Origin: Escherichia phage vB_EcoM_PHB05
Reading direction: 5' to 3' (one strand)
Sequence record: NC_052652.1
DNA: 64,000 nt
The notes beneath the pieces were generated by a model, which saw nothing but the letters and a program-made list of their open reading frames with translations, ran no database searches and had not been told where the DNA came from. This document shows positions 1 to 9,192 of the stretch, one piece after another. A program made the translations under genes and the position numbers. The first letter of the stretch is position 1. Every line of letters starts with the position of its first letter.

Positions 1-561
1 TACTCTGCGATCTTTTGGTTGGATTTCCATTACCTTCATTGCTACACCAATGAATAAAAACTGTGGTGATTCAAAAACAACATCATTGATCGCATCTTTC
101 ACAAGATACTTATCAACCATCTGGCGCAGTACGGAATAACCATAAGTTAGGTTTTTATCGTGATTGACAATTTTACCAATCTCAATAATTTCTTCTTCTG
201 TATAATCCATTTTTCCCCAATAGCCTTTACTTACAGACATATTGTAGAAATCCAGGAGGGAGGGGATATTGTGATATCCCCCATGAGCCTGTTTATAAAT
301 CATACCAAGAAGTAACCGACCTGCCATATCACTATATGCCTGATCTTTCTTATCAATACATGCTGCTATCATAGCTTTATGTAAATCACGAGTAGGCACA
401 CCGTCGTAACAACGTTTAACAGCTTCAAGTTCAATTTCAGACCAATTTAATTTACCAGCAGCAAACTCTGACCATTTACGAAGTTTTTCTGGATTAAATT
501 CTTCTTTCTTGCCGTTTGTTTTTGTTACATAACGGATAGATTTGCTTAGATACTGAGTCAC
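1..561 (-). CDS. ribonucleotide reductase large subunit-like protein, N-terminal part with ATP-cone; CDS continues beyond window start
   Basis: Minus-strand frame open to position 1; GTG start at 561-559 after GGAGAGGA; translation VTQYLSKSIRYVTKTNGKKEEFNPEKLRKW looks like an ATP-cone. Confidence 0.4.
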   Translation of the reverse strand, partial: MTQYLSKSIRYVTKTNGKKEEFNPEKLRKWSEFAAGKLNWSEIELEAVKRCYDGVPTRDLHKAMIAACIDKKDQAYSDMAGRLLLGMIYKQAHGGYHNIPSLLDFYNMSVSKGYWGKMDYTEEEIIEIGKIVNHDKNLTYGYSVLRQMVDKYLVKDAINDVVFESPQFLFIGVAMKVMEIQPKDRRV

Positions 562-572
562 TTCCTCTCCTA

Positions 573-821
573 TTAATTGTGCATGTTTAGAACATCTACA
601 TCATAACCGCCACGCATCTCATTATATAAGCCATTTGCGTATAGAAAACCTTCAAAATGATCTATACCTTCAAAACCTTTTGCCTTTGCTTTGCGGTCTG
701 CTTCTTGTCTTTTTGGGGATAATCTTTTAGATGTATCAAGGATAACTGTTACATTGCAACCTAATGTTTCATCAAAATAGACTTCAATTTCACAGCCTTC
801 ATATTTATTACTTTCTGTCAT
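573..821 (-). CDS. hypothetical protein
   Basis: ORF 573-833; in-frame ATG at 821 preceded by GAGAGG. Confidence 0.4.
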   Translation of the reverse strand: MTESNKYEGCEIEVYFDETLGCNVTVILDTSKRLSPKRQEADRKAKAKGFEGIDHFEGFLYANGLYNEMRGGYDVDVLNMHN

Positions 822-833
822 TTGGCCTCTCAA

Positions 834-1244
834 TTAGAATTCAGAATCATCATCTCGTGATGGATCATGTTCATTTCCGAAGTCTTCCATTTTGATATGA
901 GAGCTACCCCAACCTGTAAAATCTTCTTCTCCAAAGTGCAAAATATCTACACCTTGATAGATTCGCTTATATTTATAGTCTTGTCGAACTGGGAAAGTAT
1001 ACAATGTAGTATTTGCAAACACCACACGTCGATTGTTGTTACTACGAATATTAACACCACGTTCTACTGTATAATGTCCATCGGTAGACATACCAAGCAT
1101 TACTAATGCTGCTCGCAATGTGGTGTTATGATACTCGTGAGGAATTTTTCCTCCGTGTTTTTTAGCCATTTCTTTCCAGATCGGTGTAGCCTTAATGGTA
1201 GACATACTTACGGTCGCCCAAATGGTTGTATTAATTAGTGACAT
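834..1244 (-). CDS. hypothetical protein
   Basis: 136-aa ORF, ATG preceded by AAGGAGA. Confidence 0.45.
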   Translation of the reverse strand: MSLINTTIWATVSMSTIKATPIWKEMAKKHGGKIPHEYHNTTLRAALVMLGMSTDGHYTVERGVNIRSNNNRRVVFANTTLYTFPVRQDYKYKRIYQGVDILHFGEEDFTGWGSSHIKMEDFGNEHDPSRDDDSEF

Positions 1245-1310
1245 AAATTCTCCTTCTCTCTTTTAAGGAGAGCATAGCTCTCCTAACGTTAGCCTATACT
1301 ACACGAATCT

Positions 1311-1342
1311 CAATTAAAAGTCAACTATAATTTTAAGTTGAT
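1311..1342 (-). terminator. stem-loop GTCAACT/AGTTGAT followed by U-run on minus strand
   Basis: 7-bp inverted repeat 1320-1342 with TTTTAATTG downstream on minus strand. Confidence 0.35.
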
Positions 1343-2313
1343 CACCATTTTGTATGGTTCGTCAAAAGTTGACGATGTTGAATCCAACCACAGAAGTTTC
1401 CACTCCACAAACGATGTTTACGATCCATATGTGTAATACCTTCTTCCCAAGAGGAAGGGAACGGAGGAATATTAATACCACCTTTCTGTTGTTTTAATCC
1501 TGACAAATCCATTTCTTTCATTGGCGTTGCCTGGTGTTCAAACGGAGATGCATGTACCTTTTGTCCAGACAGCAAACGAGAATAGATATCCAATGCTTTA
1601 TCTTTAGTATCATTCAACTTACGATAACTTACCTGAGCGCAACAAGAAGCTGAAATAGCTTTTGCTTCATCTTCTGTCAACATTTTCTCGTTGGAGAAGG
1701 TTTCACCCAAGAAATAACGGATCATACCAGTTTCTGGATCTCGATCACGATTAACGTAAGGTGTATGCCATTCTCCTGGGAAAAGAAGATATGGTTCAGA
1801 AGATTCATACAGCTTTTTAATTTCTTTAGCAAGAGCCTCAATAGTAGGATCTGCATCAGCATCTACGCGCAACCACAAGAAGTTTTCTAGCTCTGTAGTG
1901 GTTACTACAGTCTTCATACGCTGAAATGGTTCTAGTAGGCGGTTTGCAACCTGTTTATGATAACCAGCAAGGGCAAACTCTTCTGCAAAACGTGCAGCAC
2001 TTAGTGCAGCCAAGTCCCACCATTCTTTTGCAGTATAACCTGCATCAATCAGGGCATCGTGATCTGTGCCTTTATCTTGCATACCTGGTTGGTTAGCACC
2101 AAAACGATAAGGACGTGCTGGAGATTGCCGTACCATTTCAATTAGAGTTTTAACAGGGATAGCTCGACTTGATGCAGCATTACGAGAAAACAAACGATGC
2201 GTCATCAATTCAGAGTGAATGATTCGAGGATATTCAAGTTCAAAGGTAACAATATCCTTACCTTCGGATGTTTGAGAGTGTGCAATAATTTTTGCTGAAA
2301 TAGAATTCGTCAT
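1342..2313 (-). CDS. thyX: flavin-dependent thymidylate synthase (ThyX)-like
   Basis: 323-aa ORF with AAGGAGA RBS; segment THRLFSRNAASSR matches the ThyX RHR-x7-S-x-R signature except first R. Confidence 0.5.
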   Translation of the reverse strand: MTNSISAKIIAHSQTSEGKDIVTFELEYPRIIHSELMTHRLFSRNAASSRAIPVKTLIEMVRQSPARPYRFGANQPGMQDKGTDHDALIDAGYTAKEWWDLAALSAARFAEEFALAGYHKQVANRLLEPFQRMKTVVTTTELENFLWLRVDADADPTIEALAKEIKKLYESSEPYLLFPGEWHTPYVNRDRDPETGMIRYFLGETFSNEKMLTEDEAKAISASCCAQVSYRKLNDTKDKALDIYSRLLSGQKVHASPFEHQATPMKEMDLSGLKQQKGGINIPPFPSSWEEGITHMDRKHRLWSGNFCGWIQHRQLLTNHTKW

Positions 2314-2322
2314 TATTTCTCC

Positions 2323-2913
2323 TTAAGGTAGTAAAATACTTTCAATTTCTTCCCACTGATTATCTAAACCAGTGATAATTACATTAGGAAGTTTCTTTAA
2401 CTCTTCCAAATATGGATCTTCGTAAATAGTGTTGAAATATATTTTCAACGTTTCATCTGGAAACAGAACAAGATTTTCAGCCCTATCGTCAATAGTTACA
2501 TCGCAAGGTAATAAGTATTTTTCTTTTGTTGCGAAAAAACCATTACCAGATGTTCTACTAAAATCCACTTTATCTAAAGATCGTGTTACGTGTCTATATT
2601 TAGAACTAAGGTGTCCACCCTTAGTGTGACTCGCTATAGATATATTAGCTCCATTTGCAATTATACGATGAACAACATCTGTACTATTAGGTACTACTCC
2701 CATAGTATCATATAGATGTTGGTTATCCCAAAAAGAGTAAGGATCTACACCAAATTGCTTTTTAAAATCAGGGAAATATTTCGTAATATCATAGTGCACA
2801 GTTTTATGTGTCTTATCAAATTTGATATTAGATCTACTTACCGCATTTAACCAATTTAACCATTCTATATCCGCTGGAGCTATTACTAAATCCCAATCAC
2901 ATACTAGACGCAT
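2323..2913 (-). CDS. HAD-like phosphatase / 5'(3')-deoxyribonucleotidase-like protein
   Basis: Internal ATG at 2913 preceded by AGGAGA; N-terminus MRLVCDWDLVIAPAD has a DxD motif; longer ORF 2323-3027 would overlap tdk. Confidence 0.35.
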   Translation of the reverse strand: MRLVCDWDLVIAPADIEWLNWLNAVSRSNIKFDKTHKTVHYDITKYFPDFKKQFGVDPYSFWDNQHLYDTMGVVPNSTDVVHRIIANGANISIASHTKGGHLSSKYRHVTRSLDKVDFSRTSGNGFFATKEKYLLPCDVTIDDRAENLVLFPDETLKIYFNTIYEDPYLEELKKLPNVIITGLDNQWEEIESILLP

Positions 2914-3460
2914 TATTTCTCCTGTTATAACATTTTCTACACATTGTTTCGTAAATGTCTTCTCCTCCAATAACAATCTGTTCTTTAGAGTCGATAAGTC
3001 TAGCATTGAAAATAGCTTTTCTTCCACATTTACAAATGCTTTTCAATTCTGTAATTGAATCTGCTATGGCTAATAACCGTTCAGAACCTTCAAACAATTC
3101 TGTAGCAAAATCTGTTTTAAGTCCATAGCAGAATACAGGAATATCGTAATTATCTACCACATCTCCAAGAATGTCAACCATATCTTTAGTTAGGAATTGT
3201 GATTCATCCACAAATACTGCATCTACTGGATTTTCTTTAAGTTGTGTATAAATTTCCAGCATATCTTCTTTTGTTTTAACTGGTTTTGCTTCCTCTTTAA
3301 TACCTATCCTGGAAGCAATAGCACCACCAGATCTGGTATCTAAAGCTGAAGTTAAAAGAAGAACTTTCATATTTCTTTCTTTATAGTTCCAAGCTGTTTG
3401 TAGAAGATGTGTGCTTTTACCACTGTTCATCGGACTATATCGGAAATAAAGTTTAGCCAT
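2897..3460 (-). CDS. tdk: thymidine kinase
   Basis: P-loop MNSGKST, VFVDESQF, C-terminal Cys-rich zinc motif (CKCGRKA...CRKC); GAGGAGA RBS. Confidence 0.85.
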   Translation of the reverse strand: MAKLYFRYSPMNSGKSTHLLQTAWNYKERNMKVLLLTSALDTRSGGAIASRIGIKEEAKPVKTKEDMLEIYTQLKENPVDAVFVDESQFLTKDMVDILGDVVDNYDIPVFCYGLKTDFATELFEGSERLLAIADSITELKSICKCGRKAIFNARLIDSKEQIVIGGEDIYETMCRKCYNRRNNASSM

Positions 3461-3505
3461 ATTTTCTCCTCTAACGCTCCCATTTGTGGGAGCGATAATA
3501 CTTTA

Positions 3506-4081
3506 TTATTTCTCTTCGTCAAGAAGAATTTTTACTATTTGTTTTCTTCGCTTACTTACTGTACTTTCTGGTGAAATTCCGCGCTTCGTTAGCCAATTTT
3601 TATCCTTTTTAGACTGGCATAAAGCTATCGCTTCCTTCTCCGCTTTTGCTTCCCTGAATGTCATATCGTGCTTGTCAGCATAAGCTAGGATAGCGTTACA
3701 CTGCTTACAAACTACACGCAGGTCGTCTTCTGTTACATACAATAGGCGTAAAACAAAACTTGGGATATCTTCATAACAGGTTAATGTACCTGCTGCATTA
3801 ATATGGTCTACTTGAAAGTCTTTCATACCTCCTGTATGTCCACACAATTCACATTTACAATTCCAAACCTGTTTAGGTTTGCCTGTTTTCTTATCTAAAA
3901 CTACATTGCCATCTTTGTCCAACCTATCGGCTTTAAATCGTACAGATTGGATCTTTTTTATCTTATTCGGGTGTCTCACCCATGCTTTCCTTAAGCAGCC
4001 CCTTAAATATGTATAAAAGGCTGCTTGAGTTTTCCAAGGTGTTCCATCTCCCCAAATAACTTTAGGTTCTTTATTTTCCAA
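3506..4081 (-). CDS. HNH-family homing endonuclease
   Basis: CKCELCGH...DHINAAG...CKQCN HNH-like Cys/His motif; free-standing between tdk and replication genes. Confidence 0.55.
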   Translation of the reverse strand: MENKEPKVIWGDGTPWKTQAAFYTYLRGCLRKAWVRHPNKIKKIQSVRFKADRLDKDGNVVLDKKTGKPKQVWNCKCELCGHTGGMKDFQVDHINAAGTLTCYEDIPSFVLRLLYVTEDDLRVVCKQCNAILAYADKHDMTFREAKAEKEAIALCQSKKDKNWLTKRGISPESTVSKRRKQIVKILLDEEK

Positions 4082-4265
4082 TAGTGCTCACCTTTTTAGC
4101 TACATAATCTCCAGGTGGAATGTTATATTTAAAGAAAAGCATACGGTCTAAACCAGCCTTACACATGTTTTCTGGGATTGTGATTGTATATAGGAGTTTA
4201 TCTCCACGTTTATTGTATATTTTATATACTTCACCCTCTCCGTATTGTTTACCGTGAGAAGCCAT
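4071..4265 (-). CDS. hypothetical protein
   Basis: 64-aa ORF overlapping neighbours by a few nt. Confidence 0.3.
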   Translation of the reverse strand: MASHGKQYGEGEVYKIYNKRGDKLLYTITIPENMCKAGLDRMLFFKYNIPPGDYVAKKVSTIGK

Positions 4266-4650
4266 CTACACTCTCCTTCAATTGTTCAATAGCATCTGCT
4301 GCTTCAATATACTTACCTTTATACATTGCTTTTAAAGCCTTACGAACAAGATCATCGTCCGTGTATAAATCAATTAGCTGATTAGCTAACTCAATTTTTA
4401 CAGGATTTTTTAAGTTAGGGTAGGCTTCATACAACATATTGTAATATTTATCACTCAATTCTTTTTCAATATGAATAACGTGAATCGCTTTGTTTAGGTT
4501 GATCACACGATCACCTTTGTTTCGACAAGCATACTTAGCTAACTTAGTGAAACAAGGAGTTGCACCAATTAGATATGCAAGTTCCAAAGGTTGCATACGC
4601 ATACGTTTGTAGTGATCACCATCAATTTGAATATCCAGTGCTGTAGTCAT
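4249..4650 (-). CDS. hypothetical protein
   Basis: 133-aa ORF. Confidence 0.4.
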   Translation of the reverse strand: MTTALDIQIDGDHYKRMRMQPLELAYLIGATPCFTKLAKYACRNKGDRVINLNKAIHVIHIEKELSDKYYNMLYEAYPNLKNPVKIELANQLIDLYTDDDLVRKALKAMYKGKYIEAADAIEQLKESVDGFSR

Positions 4651-4665
4651 AAATCCTCCAAAAAT

Positions 4666-4687
4666 AAAGGGGCTTTCGCCCCTTTTT
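4666..4687. terminator. bidirectional intrinsic terminator hairpin
   Basis: AAAGGGGC-TTTC-GCCCCTTTT, A-run upstream and T-run downstream. Confidence 0.6.
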
Positions 4688-4688
4688 A

Positions 4689-5651
4689 TTAAATTCCAAT
4701 AACAGTGTTTACACGCTTCTCTTTGCTACGCAAATTAACACGTCCACGAGACAGGCTATTACATGATGTGCATCTTAGCACTTGGAATGTACTAACCGCT
4801 GTTGTGTAAACCTTACCAGGAACAACTTCAAGGTGCTCTTTACCGCAACGAGGACAACGAAGTTTTTCATCGTCATAGAATGCAGATACGTTAGGATGTT
4901 GTGGAATCCACGCACGAAGTTTGATGTAAAGATCTCTAAGAGAAACAACATCACCATCGTTGTATGTTTGCATACGGAAGAAGGCGTGTCTGTCTCCTTC
5001 ACAACATGCTTTCCACAAAGGAAAACCTTCATTATCAAGTTTAAAGTTTTCTGTATCAAAATACAAACACATTTCTTTAAGCGCATTAGAAGGTAGTGCA
5101 AACTGCTTCTTAGCTGCCTTGAGTGTATCAATTACAACATAGTGTGATGGTGGCTCCATACCGTGAAAAGCAAAACGTTGGTTAATATAAGCCTTATCAA
5201 ACTTAATACCGTTGTGCGCGATCACAATATCTGCATCGTCAAGCAAGTGCCACAGATCTTGACATAATTCCCAATCATCTGTATGATCTATGTCAAACAG
5301 AGGGTAATTGCTAAGGTTCTTACCTTCTACTTCTCCTGTTTCTAAATCAGCAGATGAATAGGAAAGCAAGTAACCTCGACGAATAACTTGTTCAGGTGCA
5401 ATAAAGGCTTTGAAACGTGAGAAGCTATACACAATCTCCGGTGCTGTCTCTACGTCAATAATTTTAATTACTGGCCCACCTTTATCTTGCGGAGCACCGC
5501 GATGTGGTGAATTTACACGAGCTAAGTAATCATTTACTGTGCTCTTCTTAGTAGAACTTCCCAACACCTCTTGTGCAATCTTACGCGAAGAATAACCTTG
5601 TGCTTTCATAGATACAATCAAGGCTTTCTGTTCGTCTGTTAATTTACTCAA
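4689..5651 (-). CDS. DnaQ-like 3'-5' exonuclease with N-terminal HTH and C-terminal zinc ribbon
   Basis: TTG start after AGGAGG; IIDVETAP, HNGIKFD, YNDGD exonuclease motifs; N-terminal GYSSRKIAQEV HTH-like; C-terminal CPRCG...CTSCN. Confidence 0.5.
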   Translation of the reverse strand: MSKLTDEQKALIVSMKAQGYSSRKIAQEVLGSSTKKSTVNDYLARVNSPHRGAPQDKGGPVIKIIDVETAPEIVYSFSRFKAFIAPEQVIRRGYLLSYSSADLETGEVEGKNLSNYPLFDIDHTDDWELCQDLWHLLDDADIVIAHNGIKFDKAYINQRFAFHGMEPPSHYVVIDTLKAAKKQFALPSNALKEMCLYFDTENFKLDNEGFPLWKACCEGDRHAFFRMQTYNDGDVVSLRDLYIKLRAWIPQHPNVSAFYDDEKLRCPRCGKEHLEVVPGKVYTTAVSTFQVLRCTSCNSLSRGRVNLRSKEKRVNTVIGI

Positions 5652-6682
5652 TGTTCCTCCTGCTCTGAAATATATGCTTGTAGCATACTTTCAAAAGTTG
5701 TTTCATCATTCGCCCAACGTTTCATATATACCAACTGAAAAATTGTCTCTATCCATTCGTCAGTTGTCATCTCTACTTCTTCACCATCCCAAGAAGTAAA
5801 TTTAACGCCATCTGGGAACCATTCATAATACTGATCTTTAACTGTCTGAAAAAGTTCAGCCTGTGTTTTACATTTGGAAATAAGATTAAAGCAAGTAATA
5901 TCTCCAAACTTAACATCGAAATCTTGGTAAGGTCGAATACTATCTGTCTTATCGCCCATTAACATTTGATAAGCTAACCAGTAACTACCCCAACCCTTAA
6001 TTTCTTTTTTCTTACCTTTTTCTACGATCCAGATATCACCGATAGATTCATCAATCAGAATAATGCAAGGATTTTTATAAACACCATCCTCTTTATAAAA
6101 GTTAAAGAGTAAACTTGGTGTGTGCAAGCTATCTTTGTCGATAGATGCTACAATATGAGAAAACTTACCAGTTTCCTTGTAGGCTTTATACCCTGCATAT
6201 CCATAGATTTCTAAAGCATCATCTGCCTCAATACCAGTAACAACGTCACCGTTATGTTTTTCAACTAGATAATCTTTAGTATCTGATAAATGGATTGGTC
6301 TTAAATCTGATCGTTCTGATTTATATTCTTTTGGCATTTTGAAAGAATGCCGGAAGGTTTTTCCTACCCCGATGACACCGCAATACTTTTGAAGTTTTAG
6401 GTGATCCATCATCTGGGTTATTTTTGTCTTTGCAGCTTGAAACGTAAAAGAAATATTATCTGGAACTATTTGAACGTCTTTTATTTCAAAATCTTCTCTA
6501 GAGAACAACTTCTTACCAGCAGCTTCGCGTTGCGCGTTAAGTGCTCCTAGCCATCCTCCAATATTTTTTGAAGATTTACCCCAAAAGTCTGTTCTTGTTT
6601 CAAACTCTTTTACATTACCGGAAGCCTTATGTACAGCGTGGATTTTTCTTTGTTCTAAAGCTGAAGATGCTTGGAACGCCAC
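5648..6682 (-). CDS. FEN-like 5'-3' exonuclease / flap endonuclease
   Basis: GIEADD, IVASIDKD and LMGDKTDSI motifs resemble T5 D15 / T4 RNase H family; start codon uncertain (GTG at 6682 or internal ATG). Confidence 0.5.
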   Translation of the reverse strand: MAFQASSALEQRKIHAVHKASGNVKEFETRTDFWGKSSKNIGGWLGALNAQREAAGKKLFSREDFEIKDVQIVPDNISFTFQAAKTKITQMMDHLKLQKYCGVIGVGKTFRHSFKMPKEYKSERSDLRPIHLSDTKDYLVEKHNGDVVTGIEADDALEIYGYAGYKAYKETGKFSHIVASIDKDSLHTPSLLFNFYKEDGVYKNPCIILIDESIGDIWIVEKGKKKEIKGWGSYWLAYQMLMGDKTDSIRPYQDFDVKFGDITCFNLISKCKTQAELFQTVKDQYYEWFPDGVKFTSWDGEEVEMTTDEWIETIFQLVYMKRWANDETTFESMLQAYISEQEEH

Positions 6683-6774
6683 TTGATCGTAGTCTATTGC
6701 AAGAATTGTGTTCTCGTCAACATATTTGTGCAGGTCTTCCGGTTGGATTAAAATGTAACCGCTAATATTACCTC

Positions 6775-6987
6775 CTATTCATCATCTGAACTCTCTGTTG
6801 AGAATGTTCGTGTGTAGGGACACTGACGACTTGCAGAAACCTCTATAACCTTGTCGTACATACCGTTAGAGTAAAAACAGTATTTTGTACTTCCAGAAAC
6901 TTGTTCTCCAGAATTAATTAAAGTTATTTGACCAGCATAAGAATAAGAACTGATTACTAAAAGTAAACCGACAAGAAGTTTTTTCAT
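6775..6987 (-). CDS. small secreted or membrane-anchored protein
   Basis: N-terminal signal-like MKKLLVGLLLVISSYSYA; AAGGAGA RBS. Confidence 0.4.
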   Translation of the reverse strand: MKKLLVGLLLVISSYSYAGQITLINSGEQVSGSTKYCFYSNGMYDKVIEVSASRQCPYTRTFSTESSDDE

Positions 6988-7004
6988 GGTGTGTCTCCTT
7001 AAAA

Positions 7005-7028
7005 GCCCACCTAACTAAGTAGGTAGGC
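7005..7028 (-). terminator. stem-loop with U-run on minus strand
   Basis: Inverted repeat GCCCACCTA/TAGGTAGGC; TTTT downstream on minus strand. Confidence 0.35.
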
Positions 7029-7061
7029 ATATTAACACATATTAAATTAGTAAGTCAAGTA

Positions 7062-7946
7062 TTATTTTTGAATAGTTGACTTGATAAGGTCTTGCATAAT
7101 ACCACGGATTTCGTTAAAGCACAGAAGGACAGATGCTTCAAAAGATCCTTCTTCATCATTAAAGTATTTAGGGAATTTAATACCACTCAACTTAAATTCT
7201 TTATCAACAATAAAGTTAACGAAACCGTCATATTCCAGGCCAATGGCAACAACGTGCTTACCATCTTCCATAAGTTCTACTGCACGAGATTCATAAAGGG
7301 ACTCTTTACTCCATACAACCACACCTTCCGAATCTTCAAGTTTAATATAATTACCCAGGGTCAGTCGTTCAGCCTCATGTTCTTCTAAGATGGTATCAAA
7401 ACCTTTAATAATGGCTTCTTCGTGTACACTAAACGGCAGAACTGGGAAAGTACCCAACACCTCACGAAGAAATACAGCAATATCTTCACTAATTTTCTTA
7501 GTACCATTAAGAACATAGGTAATACTGTTTTCAGTGTCTACAACAACATAGTTATAGAAATCATCTGCCTCTGTTTCTGGGAGCAGAGAAAACACAATAT
7601 CAGCCTCAATTGCTTTTTTGCTTTCTTTGTCCAAGAAGAACTCTTTAGTAGGATTTGCAGCAATAAACTCTTGTTCCATCTCCTGGAGTTTTTCATTAAG
7701 AATGCGTTTAACTTTCTTCTTATTAACTTTCTTAACAGACTGCCCTACTTTAATAACCTCTAAACCAGAGAACACTTTTACATAGGAACCATCATCTTCA
7801 AAACGAACAAGACCAATGGTATGTGCTTGTTGCCCCTGTGCCACAACAAAATCCAGCGGTTTGTCTGTTACTGTGTTCAGTGCTGAAATAGACAGACCAT
7901 CACCAGAAATCAGGGTTACGCAAGATTTGAAATTTTTAGCAAACAT
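7062..7946 (-). CDS. RdgC-like recombination-associated protein
   Basis: ATG at 7946 preceded by GAGGAGA; LLPETEADDFYNYVVVDTENSITYV and FPVLPFS resemble RdgC segments. Confidence 0.45.
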   Translation of the reverse strand: MFAKNFKSCVTLISGDGLSISALNTVTDKPLDFVVAQGQQAHTIGLVRFEDDGSYVKVFSGLEVIKVGQSVKKVNKKKVKRILNEKLQEMEQEFIAANPTKEFFLDKESKKAIEADIVFSLLPETEADDFYNYVVVDTENSITYVLNGTKKISEDIAVFLREVLGTFPVLPFSVHEEAIIKGFDTILEEHEAERLTLGNYIKLEDSEGVVVWSKESLYESRAVELMEDGKHVVAIGLEYDGFVNFIVDKEFKLSGIKFPKYFNDEEGSFEASVLLCFNEIRGIMQDLIKSTIQK

Positions 7947-7956
7947 AGTTTTCTCC

Positions 7957-8235
7957 TCAAATAACAACTACAAAATATTTTACACCATCATATTCGACAA
8001 TATGATCAGGATATTTAAATCCTTTATAAGATTTACCAAACAGACTAACAGCTTCATTAGCTTTGTTTTGCGGATTACTCAACCACTGTTCTTCTGTGTA
8101 AAACTTAAATTCTGTTCTCTTACCTTCTTTTTCTAAACCAACAATTTCCTGTGTGATATCTTCAATACCTGCATTCTTCAAGGATTTGATCACCTGACGC
8201 AAACCGTGTTTAAAGATATCTTCTGCTGTTAACAT
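7957..8235 (-). CDS. hypothetical protein
   Basis: 92-aa ORF with GGAGG RBS. Confidence 0.4.
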   Translation of the reverse strand: MLTAEDIFKHGLRQVIKSLKNAGIEDITQEIVGLEKEGKRTEFKFYTEEQWLSNPQNKANEAVSLFGKSYKGFKYPDHIVEYDGVKYFVVVI

Positions 8236-8244
8236 AATACCTCC

Positions 8245-8270
8245 AATAAGCCCCCGAAGGGGCTTTATTT
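8245..8270. terminator. GC-rich hairpin AGCCCC-CGAA-GGGGCT
   Basis: Perfect 6-bp stem with tetraloop, T-rich flank. Confidence 0.45.
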
Positions 8271-8271
8271 C

Positions 8272-8994
8272 TTAAGCAATGATTGCTGCGATATTAGGTT
8301 TAACAAAGGTAGATGGCTTCATAATTTTACCTTTGTCATCAAAGAATACGTATACCTTTTGAACTTCGTTATATACAGCATGTACTCCAGTATAAGAACC
8401 TTCTGCACGATCTTTGCTTCGCATCTCGATAGCATCACACTCTTTTTCAAGAGCTTCAACAATATCCTTAGTTTCCCAAATAGCCAGGAGTTGCTTCTTG
8501 GTAGGATACTTGGACTCATTGCTATTCAACACTTCACGCATAACCTTCTTCTCGTTATAAACAGAACGCACCAAAGTATCTCGTGCCATACGTGTAAGTG
8601 TAAGAGACATTAGGGCAAATTGCAAGTCATTTTCTACCATTTTATCAAATTCAATGATAACATCGTAAATGTTTTCTGCCAGAACATCTCCTGTCGGCAT
8701 TTCCAGAGCTTTATCAACACCTTCTTTACCAAAGAACATAAACGCCAAGTAGGATGCTACCACAAAAATATCTGCTGCTGCATCAAGTAATTCAACGTGA
8801 TCATTTTCCTGCGCTGCTGCTTGGAACTCTTTTAGTTCTTCTCGTACAAAAGAAAGTTGAGCTTCAAACATCTCTTGAGTAAATTCTGGAGTCACTCCAC
8901 CACGTGCCTTAGCATTCCAAGCAACAATTTGATCGGCAGCTTTGATAAAGAAGCTATTGTCCACTTTTACTTGTTTGAAAAAATTCTCGATCAT
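8272..8994 (-). CDS. MazG-like nucleotide pyrophosphohydrolase domain protein
   Basis: ELKEFQAA...ELLDAAADIFVV pattern typical of MazG/HisE-like all-alpha NTP pyrophosphatases; AAGGAGA RBS. Confidence 0.35.
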   Translation of the reverse strand: MIENFFKQVKVDNSFFIKAADQIVAWNAKARGGVTPEFTQEMFEAQLSFVREELKEFQAAAQENDHVELLDAAADIFVVASYLAFMFFGKEGVDKALEMPTGDVLAENIYDVIIEFDKMVENDLQFALMSLTLTRMARDTLVRSVYNEKKVMREVLNSNESKYPTKKQLLAIWETKDIVEALEKECDAIEMRSKDRAEGSYTGVHAVYNEVQKVYVFFDDKGKIMKPSTFVKPNIAAIIA

Positions 8995-9003
8995 TGTTTC
9001 TCC

Positions 9004-9183
9004 TTATTTAAAATATTGTTCTAACAAAACACTAATGCGAACTACCGATTCGCCCATATACGCCCCAGCACAGAGGAAAACAACAAATCTACAAAAATTG
9101 CAGTACCATTTGTTCACTGGAAACGAGGCTAACATTATAATTGCAATAGCAATTAACATCATAAGAAATGTTACTAATACCAT
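9004..9183 (-). CDS. small hydrophobic membrane protein
   Basis: 59-aa ORF MVLVTFLMMLIAIAIIMLASF... below the ORF-track cutoff; AAGAGG RBS. Confidence 0.3.
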   Translation of the reverse strand: MVLVTFLMMLIAIAIIMLASFPVNKWYCNFCRFVVFLCAGAYMGESVVRISVLLEQYFK

Positions 9184-9192
9184 ATTTACCTC

